This document shows, piece after piece, positions 34,782-46,287 of a stretch of DNA of 64,000 bases. Both the position numbers and the translations under genes were made by a program. Source of the stretch: Macrostomum hystrix. Its lineage: Eukaryota; Animalia; Platyhelminthes. The notes under the pieces are model-generated. The model worked only from the letters and a program-made list of their open reading frames with translations. It was not told the DNA's origin and did not search any database. Where the stretch lies: NCBI GenBank assembly GCA_950097015.1, contig CATNEN010000030.1, positions 930,001 to 994,000 on the forward strand, read 5' to 3'. The stretch's first letter is position 1. Every line of letters begins with the position of its first letter.

Positions 34782-35125
34782 CGATAACACATCAATTTCG
34801 CCTACCCTTGGAACTTATCTTTCATTGTAACCGATGCGGATGGAGGCTTGGAGAGAAGGATGCCTGCGCCTCTGAAAGAGGGGAAGAAAAGCTGGGCGGT
34901 GAGACTCGGTTAGAGGGGGGGGGCGAATGAGGAGGGGAGTGGAGGTAAGCGCCAATTTGCAGGTGCAACAGACAGAGAAACAGACAGGTGTCAGTCGGTG
35001 GGGTGGCGGGAAAGAGTAGAAGGAGAGAGGCGGGATTTAAAAAGCCAGACAAATAGATAGCTCCCTTCCTTCTCCAGATTTCATTAAACTTTGAATTCTA
35101 ATCAATCGTTTTTAAGAGAAAAAAC

Positions 35126-35417
35126 ATGTCCTCCAGCAGCAGCAGCAGCAGCAGCAGCGACGCAGAAGAAGACGTCATTGGGTCGACTGACGTACAGCTG
35201 CACAAGCCGTCGCCAATTCAACCGGACGAAGCCGCGGTAGCTGCGGCTGGCGTTGAGCAAGACGAAATGAGCCAGCCGCCCGGTGCAAACGGTCCTCTCA
35301 CATTTGGCATTGACAGCATCTTGGGCGATATTGGAGCAGCGGCGGCGACGCGACAGACAATGGGGAGGCACCGACATCACCGAGAGTTGGCCTGGCGGCA
35401 TCAGCAGCGGCAGCAAC

Positions 35418-35457
<40 letters not shown>

Positions 35458-35477
35458 CCCTCAATTTTCACCATCAT
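35126..35477 (+). CDS. NKX3-2: NK3/bagpipe homeobox gene, exon 1 (eh1/TN motif, poly-Q)
   Basis: LTFGIDSIL is an eh1-like motif; (CAG)n run; donor cat|gtaagc at 35478 (phase 1). Confidence 0.65.
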
Positions 35478-35567
35478 GTAAGCTGAAACCAGTCGAAGGC
35501 TTTTTCAATCACCTAATCAGACTTAGCTTTTCCTATATTATCTCAAATTTTGCCCATTGCTTAGCAG

Positions 35568-35971
35568 TCTGCAGCCTGGCTTCAATCCAGAGCTTCCTGA
35601 GCCTCAGTCGGGCAGCGCCCTCCGTCCACATCCAGTCGATGGCGGCCTCTCTAGCTGCCAGCGCCGCCGCTGCGGCTGTTGCTGATTCGACAGCATCGCG
35701 CGGAGGCGGTGGTGGCGGCGGTGGTGGCGGCGGTGGTGGCGGCATCAGCAAGACAGCGATGCAACAGGAGCAGCAGCAGCATCATCATCATCACCACGGA
35801 GGCGGCGGAAGCGGCGTCGGCTCCTACTTGCGGCATCGCAAGAAACGCACTAGAGCCGCCTTCAGCCACGCCCAGGTGTTTGAGCTCGAGCGTAGATTCA
35901 GCCACCAGCGGTACCTATCAGGCCAGGAGCGGTCGGATTTGGCCAGACTGCTCAAACTGACTGAAACTCAG
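35568..35971 (+). CDS. NKX3-2: NK3 homeobox gene, exon 2 (homeodomain residues 1-44)
   Basis: [45 protein letters not shown] is near-identical to the Nkx3-2/Bapx1 homeodomain. Donor cag|gtcggt. Confidence 0.92.
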
Positions 35972-36057
35972 GTCGGTGCTTAAATTAGCTCATTTTCCTT
36001 ATAATTTTATCATCCTCTGATCTTTCTCGTTATCGAAATATCAGAAAGGTTTATTAA

Positions 36058-39000
36058 ATTCTCATGATCCTCAGATTTTCAGGACCCTCAGATTCGATTT
36101 CTCGAATTCTCATGATCTCAAATCCTTGAATTCCCATGATCTCAAATCCTTGAATTCTCATGATCTCAAATCCTTGAATTCCCATGATCTCAAATCCTTG
36201 AATTCTCATGATCTTAAATCCTAAAATTCTCATGATCTTAAATCCTAAAATTCTCATGATCTTAAATCCTAAAATTCTCATGATCTTAAATCCTCAAAAC
36301 TCTCATGACCCTCAAAATCCTCAGATTCTCCTGGTCCTCAGATTCTCGTGATCCTCAGATTCTCCTGATCCTCAGATTCTCCTGATCCTCAGATTCTCCT
36401 GGTCCTCAGATTCTCGTGATCCTCAGATTCTTCTGATCCTCAGATTCTCCTGATCCTCAGATTCTCCTGATCCTCAGATTCTCCTGATCCTCAGATTCTC
36501 CTGATCCTCCTCAGATTCTCCTGATCCTCAGATTCTCCTGATCCTCAGATTCTCCTGATCCTCAGATTCTCCTGATCCTCAGATTCTCCTGATCCTCAGA
36601 TTCTCCTGATCCTCAGATTCTCCTGATCCTCAAATTCTCCTGATCCTCAGATTCTCCTGATCCTCAGATTCTCCTGATCCTCAGATTCTCCTGATCCTCA
36701 GATTCTCCTGATCCTCAGATTCTCCTGATCCTCAGATTCTTCTGATCCTCAGATTCTCCTGATCCTCAGATTCTCCTGATCCTCAGATTCTCCTGATCCT
36801 CAGATTCTCCTGATCCTCCTCAGATTCTCCTGATCCTCAGATTCTCCTGATCCTCCTCAGATTCTCCTGATCCTCAGATTCTCCTGATCCTCCTCAGATT
36901 CTCCTGATCCTCAGATTCTCCTGATCCTCCTCAGATTCTCCTGATCCTCAGATTCTCCTGATCCTCAGATTCTCCTGATCCTCAAATTCTCCTGATCCTC
37001 AGATTCTCCTGATCCTCAGATTCTCCTGATCCTCAGATTCTCCTGATCCTCAGATTCTCCTGATCCTCAGATTCTCCTGATCCTCAGATTCTCCTGATCC
37101 TCCTCAGATTCTCCTGATCCTCAGATTCTCCTGATCCTCCTCAGATTCTCCTGATCCTCAGATTCTCCTGGTCCTCAGATTCTCCTGATCCTCCTCAGAT
37201 TCTCCTGATCCTCAGATTCTCCTGATCCTCAGATTCTCCTGATCCTCAGATTCTCCTGATCCTCCTCAGATTCTCCTGATCCTCAGATTCTCCTGATCCT
37301 CCTCAGATTCTCCTGATCCTCAGATTCTCCTGGTCCTCAGATTCTCCTGATCCTCCTCAGATTCTCCTGATCCTCAGATTCTCCTGATCCTCAGATTCTC
37401 CTGATCCTCAGATTCTCCTGATCCTCAGATTCTTCTGATCCTCAGATTCTCCTGATCCTCAGATTCTCCTGATCCTCAGATTCTCCTGATCCTCAGATTC
37501 TCCTGATCCTCCTCAGATTCTCCTGATCCTCAGATTCTCCTGATCCTCCTCAGATTCTCCTGATCCTCAGATTCTCCTGATCCTCCTCAGATTCTCCTGA
37601 TCCTCAGATTCTCCTGATCCTCCTCAGATTCTCCTGATCCTCAGATTCTCCTGATCCTCAGATTCTCCTGATCCTCAAATTCTCCTGATCCTCAGATTCT
37701 CCTGATCCTCAGATTCTCCTGATCCTCAGATTCTCCTGATCCTCAGATTCTCCTGATCCTCAGATTCTCCTGATCCTCAGATTCTCCTGATCCTCCTCAG
37801 ATTCTCCTGATCCTCAGATTCTCCTGATCCTCCTCAGATTCTCCTGATCCTCAGATTCTCCTGATCCTCCTCAGATTCTCCTGATCCTCAGATTCTCCTG
37901 ATCCTCCTCAGATTCTCCTGATCCTCAGATTCTCCTGATCCTCAGATTCTCCTGATCCTCAAATTCTCCTGATCCTCAGATTCTCCTGATCCTCAGATTC
38001 TCCTGATCCTCAGATTCTCCTGATCCTCAGATTCTCCTGATCCTCAGATTCTCCTGATCCTCAGATTCTCCTGATCCTCCTCAGATTCTCCTGATCCTCA
38101 GATTCTCCTGATCCTCCTCAGATTCTCCTGATCCTCAGATTCTCCTGGTCCTCAGATTCTCCTGATCCTCCTCAGATTCTCCTGATCCTCAGATTCTCCT
38201 GGTCCTCAGATTCTCCTGATCCTCAGATTCTCCTGATCCTCAGATTCTCGTGATCCTCAGATTCTCCTGATCCTCAGATTCTCCTGATCCTCAGATTCTC
38301 CTGGTCCTCAGATTCTCGTGATCCTCAGATTCTTCTGATCCTCAGATTCTCCTGATCCTCAGATTCTCCTGATCCTCAGATTCTCCTGATCCTCAGATTC
38401 TCCTGATCCTCAGATTCTCCTGATCCTCAGATTCTCCTGATCCTCAGATTCTCCTGATCCTCAGATTCTCCTGATCCTCAGATTCTCCTGATCCTCAGAT
38501 TCTCCTGATCCTCAGATTCTCCTGATCCTCAGATTCTCCTGATCCTCAGATTCTCCTGATCCTCAGATTCTCCTGATCCTCAGATTCTCCTGATCCTCAA
38601 ATTCTCCTGATCCTCAGATTCTCCTGATCCTCAGATTCTTCTGATCCTCATATTCTCCTGATCCTCAGATTCTCCTGATCCTCAGATTCTCCTGATCCTC
38701 AGATTCTTCTGATCCTCAGATTCTCCTGATCCTCCTCAGATTCTCCTGATCCTCAGATTCTCCTGATCCTCCTCAGATTCTCCTGATCCTCAGATTCTCC
38801 TGATCCTCCTCAGATTCTCCTGATCCTCAGATTCTCCTGATCCTCCTCAGATTCTCCTGATCCTCAGATTCTCCTGATCCTCCTCAGATTCTCCTGATCC
38901 TCAGATTCTCCTGATCCTCAGATTCTCCTGATCCTCAAATTCTCCTGATCCTCAGATTCTCCTGATCCTCAGATTCTCCTGATCCTCAGATTCTCCTGAT

Positions 39001-39350
39001 CCTCAGATTCTCCTGATCCTCATATTCTCCTGATCCTCAGATTCTCCTGATCCTCAGATTCTCCTGGTCCTCAGATTCTCCTGGTCCTCAGATTCTCCTG
39101 ATCCTCAGATTCTCCTGATCCTCAGATTCTCCTGATCCTCAGATTCTCCTGATCCTCAGATTCTCCTGGTCCGCAGATTCTCCTGATCCGCAGATTCTCC
39201 TGATCCTCAGATTCTCCTGATCCTCAGATTCTCCTGATCCCAGATTCTCCTGATCCGCAGATTAGATTTCTCCAATTCTCATGATCTTAAATCCTCAAAT
39301 TGTCGTGATCCTTAAATCTTCATGATTGTCAAATTCTCGTGATTCAGATA
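36058..39350. repeat. NK3 intron 2 composite array: 24-bp unit at the edges, 17/20-bp unit (TCCTCAGATTCTCCTGA) at 36330-39262
   Basis: Roughly 165 copies of the 17-mer. Confidence 0.96.
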
Positions 39351-40129
39351 ATGAACACATTTAGTAAAATTCTGCAGAAGATCCGGTAGTCCGGTTTAGC
39401 AATTTTCTAAATGCACGCAAAAAGGATAGCAAACACAATTTATCAAAGTGCATCGCGTTTCCCTTTCATTCATTCTATCACACGGTCCTGTTCACGCAAT
39501 ACAGCTCCTAAATTGCATGAAGCCACTAAATTATCCACCCAGACAGCCAGTAAAACCCGCCGATGGTGTTAGCAACAAAAGCAACTGGTCCAATTAGTTA
39601 TTCAGCCGAAAATCACAGAAGTGGACTACTCGTCTGCGTGTCTAGAAGAATCCAAATTCTTTAAAGTCTATTAGCTAAACTGCTCGTAATTGAAACGACA
39701 TGTAGGGCCTAGTTTATTGGTCAGACAAGCGGACAGGGTATATGAATATATGAACCCGATACTGCAAAATTGTCTGGGCCACTTCTACAGCTGTGAAAAA
39801 AAACGATTCTACTCGTAGAAAGCATGATGCATATTATTCATTCTACCACGGCTGCTAGAGCTATATAGTATAATAATACACTAGATAATGCGACACATTG
39901 TCTAGTGCAGTAGTTTCTGCACTTTAAAACAATGTCAAAACTATTTATGAGAGGCTGGTAAGCTGCACCAAAAACTTATTATATAGAGGATCCTTCTCGA
40001 GAAATTTCTGAAGGTGAGAATATTTTTTCGGAGTTTCGGGTCATTTCGGAATTTGGATAAGTTTTGGCATTCTAAATTTATGAAATTTATTAGAATTATT
40101 GACAATTAATGGCTGATCAGGTAGCATTT

Positions 40130-40530
40130 GGGAACATTTGGATTTGGTTCGATTGGAATTTCGATAATTTGGGATTTGGATAAGTTGGGATTTGGACAAG
40201 TTGGGATTTGGACAAGTTGGGATTAGAGTAAACTGTGATTTGGATAAATGGGGATTTGGATAAATTGGGATTCGGATATTGTGGGAATTTTATAAGTTGG
40301 GATTTAGACAATTTGGGATTTGAACAAGTTGGGATTTGGACAAGTTGGGATTTGGACAAGTTGGGATTCGGACAAGTTGGGATTCGGATAAGTTGGGATT
40401 TGAGTAAACTGTGATTTGGGTTAATTGGGATTCGGATAAGTTGAGATTTGGTTAAGTTATGATAAAAATAATTTCGGAAGGAAGTAAGATGGGATTTGGT
40501 TTAATTGGGATATGAATATGTTGGGATTTT
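40130..40530. repeat. Degenerate TTGGGATTTGGACAAG-type repeat in NK3 intron 2
   Basis: Imperfect ~16-bp periodicity. Confidence 0.75.
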
Positions 40531-40723
40531 GATATTTTCCGTAACTAAAAAAAGTGATTTCGTTAAAAATCGACAGGCTAAGCAAATTGATTTAGAATAT
40601 TATTGCTTCGCAATTTCGTAGGGATTCCCATTAATTCCGGAATTCTGCGGACCTCATGGAATTTCTGCGATCCCATTGTCTTGGCTCAAATTCTGTTACC
40701 TCTAATATGTAATTGTTCCTCAG

Positions 40724-41447
40724 GTGAAAATCTGGTTTCAAAACCGGCGCTACAAGACCAAGAAGCGCCACCTGCAGTTGAGCTCAGACAGCGGCGGAGC
40801 GGACGACGCCACAGCCGGTCCCGCGGTCTCCGCTGCCGCCGCCATCGCCGCCGCGGCAGCGGCAGCCGCGGCTAGCGGCGACTCCTCGACGGCGACAAAT
40901 CGACGAGTTGCAGCGGCAGCGGCCAGCCTCAATCATTTGCAGATGCTGATGAAGGGAGCCTCAGCATCCGGCGGCCGTGACAGCATTGAAGATTGTCTGC
41001 AGCTTCAGCAACGACCCGGCGGTTCAGACCTGGATGCGTCGCCGTCGCCTACGTCGGCAAACATGCCAGCGACTCTGTCGCAGCGACCACCGACGGTGCC
41101 GTTCCGTTTGCCCTTCCTACCGCCGCCGCATCATCATCACGTCACGCCGAGACACGGCAGCCTTCAGCCTCCTCCGCCGCCGCCGCCGCCGGGTCCTTCC
41201 GCTCGGCTTTTCGCCAGCAGCGGCGGCCGCCGCTGCCGCCTTCTACGCCGCCGCAGTGTCGGCTGCCGCGGCGGCCTCTAGCGGCGGCGCCGCCATTAGT
41301 TCCGGGATAGCTGGAGGTCGCGGTGGTCATCACACGTCGTCGCTGCTGCCGGCGTCGTTTATGTCGTCTGGCTGGTCGGGCAGGCCCTCGGTTGGCGCTC
41401 CTCTATCGGCCTCGAGCTCACCTTTGGGCGGTTCCGGCCTTGATTGA
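40724..41447 (+). CDS. NKX3-2: NK3 homeobox gene, last exon (helix 3 and C-terminus); ends at 41281 as written, or 41447 if one extra G at 41191-41193 is an error
   Basis: gttcctcag|GTG AAA ATC TGG TTT CAA AAC = VKIWFQNRRYKTKKR; the intron lies at the classic Q|V position in helix 3. Confidence 0.85.
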
Positions 41448-41516
41448 GGCAAAAAATTTGTTTAATTTTAATTATTTTTCTTTGATTATTATTACCAGTA
41501 AATGTAATGAATGAGA

Positions 41517-42142
41517 GAAAGTTGGGTAGAGGGATTGGAAGTTGTGTATAGCAAGAGGAAGTTAGGTAGAGCAAAAGGGAGTTAGGTATAGCGAGAGGAA
41601 ATTGGGTAGAATCGGAGGAAGTTTGGTTGAGTGATAGGAAGTTGGGTAGAGTGATTGGAAGTTGGGTAGAGTGATTGGAAGTTGGGTAGAGTGAGAGCTA
41701 GTTGGGTAGAGTGAGAGGAAGTTGGGTAGAGTGAGAGGAAGTTGGGTAGAGTGAGAGGAAGTTGGGTAGAGTGATTTGAAGTTGGGTAGAGTGATTGGAA
41801 GTTGGGTAGAGTGATTGGAAGTTGGGTAGAGTGAGAGCTAGTTGGGTAGAGTGATTGGAAGTTGGGTAGAGTGCGACGAAGTTGGGTAGAGCGAGAGGAA
41901 GTTGGGTAGAGTGAGAGGAAGTTAGGTAGAGTAAGAGGAAGTTGGGTAGAGCGAGAGGAAGTTGGGTAGAGTAAGAGGAAGTTGGGTAGAGCGAGAGGAA
42001 GTTGGGTAGAGCGAGAGGAAGTTGGGTAGAGTGAGAGGAAGTTGGGTAGAGCGAGAGGAAGTTGGGTAGAGTAAGAGGAAGTTGGGTAGAGCGAGAGGAA
42101 GTTGGGTAGAGTGAGATGAAGTTGGGTAGAGCGAGAGGAAGT
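41517..42142. repeat. 20-bp minisatellite (GTTGGGTAGAGTGAGAGGAA) after the NK3 stop
   Basis: About 31 copies. Confidence 0.95.
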
Positions 42143-44292
42143 TTTTTTCATGCGTATTCCCAGCTGGATGTTCGTTTGTTAGTCTTTGTAGTTTTTTTAG
42201 TTTTTTAGAATAGCATGTATAGTGACTATGAATTTCTATCCATTTGGTGAACGCACACACGAAATGTATCAGTCCTGCTCTATTGTTTTGTTCGTTTGGT
42301 TAGGCGTTATTATATTGTTTTCTAGTGATTTCTTCGAAATTAAAAGGAAAAAATAATTAAAAAAGCTACATTAATATCATTTGCTCTCTTGGCCATTTTT
42401 TCAATTAGTTTTGTTATTTCTTAATGTTTCTTAATAATTCTTAGTAGTTCTTAATACAGGAACGAAATGATAATGATAAAGTGTTCTATATGTAGCTAAC
42501 CAAATTAATAATACTTATAGTAGTAAACGTAAGCTTTTTAATTATTTTTCCATATTATATCATTTCAAAAGAAAATGCAGTACATAAAATTGATGAGCTC
42601 CCTAAATGGACCTCATTCTTGCAACAGTTGGATGACAAAATAGCTGAACGAATAGCAGTTCGCTATCATCATTTATCCCTAACTATTTATTTTAAAAGAG
42701 TTTCTATGCCAGACTTCGATAAAAAAAGTTAATTATAAGTTGTCACAATTGAAATAAATTCGTAAATGTTATAGCATTGATTTCATAATTGCTAATAATT
42801 TAAACTGTATATAATAGTAAAATTAAATCACTAAACGAAAGCCAAGCAGTAATGTACTAAAAGTTATGAACACAAGTCTAAAAACAATATAAATTATACC
42901 TGTTCATTAAAGTTATCCGCGATTTTTATGGGTGCATAAACTGTGGTTAATAAACAAGTTCAAAATTGTCAGATAAATTCGATGATTGATTAACTGTATG
43001 AACTGTATGATTATTCGATGATTGGTCGAAAAATGTACCGTCTGTGGCAACCTAAGGGTATGTCTTTGTCTTTTTGTAAATATCAGTACACAAGCGAGCA
43101 AATAATTCTAAATTCATGACGGAAACATTTGTAGTTCTAAATGAATTAACAAAATGTCGTGCTTCAGAGCTTAATTACACATAAATATACTGACTTACTT
43201 AACAACTAATGATTGAGAAATATATTTCCACTTTATAAGGACTAAAATAGAGCAAACTTTTAGCAGTTTAATTTGCATCTTAGAGAGTTAAACATTTGAT
43301 TTGTGTCTTGAAACGTAATTAATGCTGAAAATACATAGCACTTAAATGTTTCATGCAACCGTTTGTCACTATCTCAAACATGCTGTATACATTTAATCAT
43401 GCCATGACTTAGTGAAATAAAATTCCTGCTTACAAGGACATCATAAAAGTTTTTTATTTAACGACATATCGAAAAAAGAATATACATTGATCCGTTTTTA
43501 AGGATGAAACATAGTACTTATTGATTATTGATAAAAAACGCGGGAAAAATTGTTTGATAACATTTTTATCTGTTCTATTTCAGATTAGCAGAATAATATG
43601 CGAGTAAAAAACTTTCGGAAGTGGATAATTACTAATTAGTGTTAAGTTTTAACTTCGATTTGGTAGGTTTTTACATAATTACATTTTTGTTCCAATTAAC
43701 TAGTTAGTCTAGTTATAGAAAACATATTTAAACATACCATTTATTTCTAAACCTCAATATTAGTTTTAATGTTTTCGTAATAGTTGTGATGACTTTTTCT
43801 TTAATTACCATTGAAAAACTAGCAATTAGGTTTCTTGTTTTAAATTTCAGAGTTTTTTTAGATATTTGTCATGAATCAGTGGCATTAGTTAAAAATGTTC
43901 ATGATGCACTAAAAGCTAAACTGATATTCTAAGGCTCTACATTACTGTTTGTTTGATATGGAGGACAGAAAGGAAACATGTTTTTGGACTGTTTCTTTGT
44001 ATTTACATCTTGCTTTGTATTTTTTCACTTCACTGCCTGCTAGTGAATTACACGAAGTTACTACAAAACCAATAGTTTTATAAAGCGTGACATAAACATA
44101 GCTTTATGAAACACGCAAAACAGTTGTGAATTGATAATTTCTATTTAAATTACATCATAGGCGGCACTTTAGCTTTTCAAACTTCTCAGCAGTCGGATTG
44201 ACCAGAGATTCAGCATTGCGAAATTTCAGTTTTGTGAAACGAAATCATTACTAACTGATGAAAATGCTTCATTGTGCTAAATCCTTTCAGTA

Positions 44293-44721
44293 ATGAAGAG
44301 TCCAAAAAGTCGCGGCAGCAACAAAAAAGACGACTCCGGCAAGAGCGGCGCCGGCGCTGGCTACCTGGTCTTCAAGGACGTTCCAGAGGCGGAGGCGCAG
44401 CGCTGGCTGGACGCCGAAGACGAAGACGAAGTCCAGGAGCTAGTTCGCCAGTTCCTCCGCCTGGAAGCCGCCGGCTGGGATACCCGACAAGCGGCCCTGC
44501 TTGACTACTACTCTTCAGTGGTACTGTGGTGCCGGGAGCAAAAACTGCCAGCTGGCGAATTGTCTGTGGCCTACGCTACAGCGAAAATCCTTCTGGACGG
44601 AGTTGAGGCTGGCAGCGGCCACGCGAAGCTGGTCATGCAGCTGAAGGAACTTCTCGTTGGCGTGGGCATCGCCGCTGACGGTCTCAGCGGTCTGGAGATG
44701 CTGGGCGCCGACAGGCTGCAG
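44293..44721 (+). CDS. CABCOCO1: CABCOCO1/CLAMP-family ciliary protein, exon 1
   Basis: AALLDYYSSVVLWCREQKL resembles the CLAMP-family (A..LLDYY...F.W.....F) segment. Donor ctgcag|gtattg, phase 0. Confidence 0.65.
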
Positions 44722-44833
44722 GTATTGTGGGATTCTAAAGCCCTGGTCCTTCGGTACTCTTGGTATGTAAACTTTTACTCTTCAGAATTCATCCCAAATG
44801 CTCACTAGGCGCAAAATGTTTCATTTCCCGCAG

Positions 44834-45347
44834 GCCCTCATGGAGCTGTTCAGTCGCACCCTGCTGCAGCATCTGCGTCTCTATCAGTTCCTGTTTGCCG
44901 GCAATGCCGGACCAGGTCATTGTGACTCGGCGCGTCCCGGCCGACGCTCTGCCGCCGGCCAAGCTGCCGTTCCCGGCGCCGCTGTGCGAAGGCATGCCGG
45001 AGGAGCTCTACCGCCGCTGCGTTGTCCGCACTGGCGTCACCAGTAGTCGGGCGCGCACAGTCGCCGAGGAGGACCTGTCAACTGGGGCCGACGGTGCCGC
45101 GGACTCGCGACCGGGTACCGGCGAGGGAACGGCGACTGCTGCTCAGCAGAAACAGCAGCAGCAGCAGCAGCAGGCGGCAGAACTTGAAGCCGCATTAGCC
45201 GATTTGTCGCCGGAGGAGGTGCAGGCTGCTGTTGACGAAGTTTGTCGCGATGCCCTCGGCGGCCTAGAGGCGGAGCTGGCTGCTAAACTAAAGGAGCGCG
45301 AGGTGGCCTGGATTGCCAAGATCAACAAGGTGCACAACACAGCGTGA
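44834..45347 (+). CDS. CABCOCO1: CABCOCO1-like exon 2, with an apparent +1 frameshift at 44903-44904
   Basis: tttcccgcag|; LLQHLRLYQFLF, then LPFPAPLCEGMPEELY and EEVQAAVDEVCRDALGGLEAELAAKLKERE, matching CABCOCO1 FQHYKLYEFMF, PFPNPLEEGI and [30 protein letters not shown]. Confidence 0.7.
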
Positions 45348-45685
45348 CCATTTCTCTTGCTCTCTGAGTTCAGTACCCTGATACAAGAAGCCGTATCTGT
45401 CTTCTGGTTTTAAAACACGATTACTATACATTTTAGTTTATTATTTTAGTAATTCGTTTGCTTTGTTAATATTTCTTTGAAAAACGTAATACACATCGTT
45501 TTTTTACTATTTAACTAGTGTGCCAGTAAAGCTTGTGTGATGCTGTTGGTTCACGCACTAATTGCGAATTACTGTAACACATTGAAATACCGATCATTTT
45601 ATTTTTTGGTTTTGAAGATTCTAATAGACCGACTAATGCTTCAATAATCAAACAGGAGATTCGTCTGTCTAGAGGAAATTGTGCG

Positions 45686-46112
45686 TCTAACAGTGAGGTT
45701 CTCTGTCTAACAGTGAGGTCTCCTGTCTAACAGTGAGGTCCTCTGTCTAACAGTGAGGTCCTCTATCTAACAGTGAGGTCCCCTGTCTAACAGTGAGGTC
45801 CTCTGTCTAACAGTGAGGTCTCCTGTCTAACAGTGAGGTCCTCTGTCTAACAGTGAGGCCCCCTGTCTAACAGTGAGGTTCTCTGTCTAACAGTGAGGTT
45901 CTCTGTCTAACAGTGAGGTCCCCTGTCTAACAGTGAGGTCCCCTATCTAACAGTGATGTCCTCTGTCTAACAGTAAGGTCCCCTGTCTAACAGTGAGGTC
46001 CCCTGTCTAGCAGTGAGGTCCCCTATCTAACAGTGATGTACCCTGTCTAACAGTGAGGTCCTCTGTCTAACAGTGAGGTCTCCTGTCTAACAGTGAGGTC
46101 CCCTGTCTAACA
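45686..46112. repeat. 20-bp minisatellite (AACAGTGAGGTCCYCTGTCT) between the convergent CABCOCO1 and Rpt3 genes
   Basis: About 21 copies. Confidence 0.93.
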
Positions 46113-46287
46113 GGCAGTGCCCCAATTTAACAGGGAGTCTCCGTCAAACTGTGTTTTCTTAAGTCGCTATGTTTGGCAGATAAAAGAACTAACAAAAGGC
46201 GGGTCGAAATGTTTACTGAAATGAAAATTGAAACCGATTTTAGAACGGAAATTCTTGTCCCCTGTCTTTAACACCGCACTCAATCAG

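Noticed and set aside
42200-44250. AT-rich 2-kb block (and 47700-49500) as a possible hidden element or RNA gene
   Set aside because: No TIRs, LTRs, long ORFs or recognisable RNA structure seen; treated as intergenic or promoter DNA.
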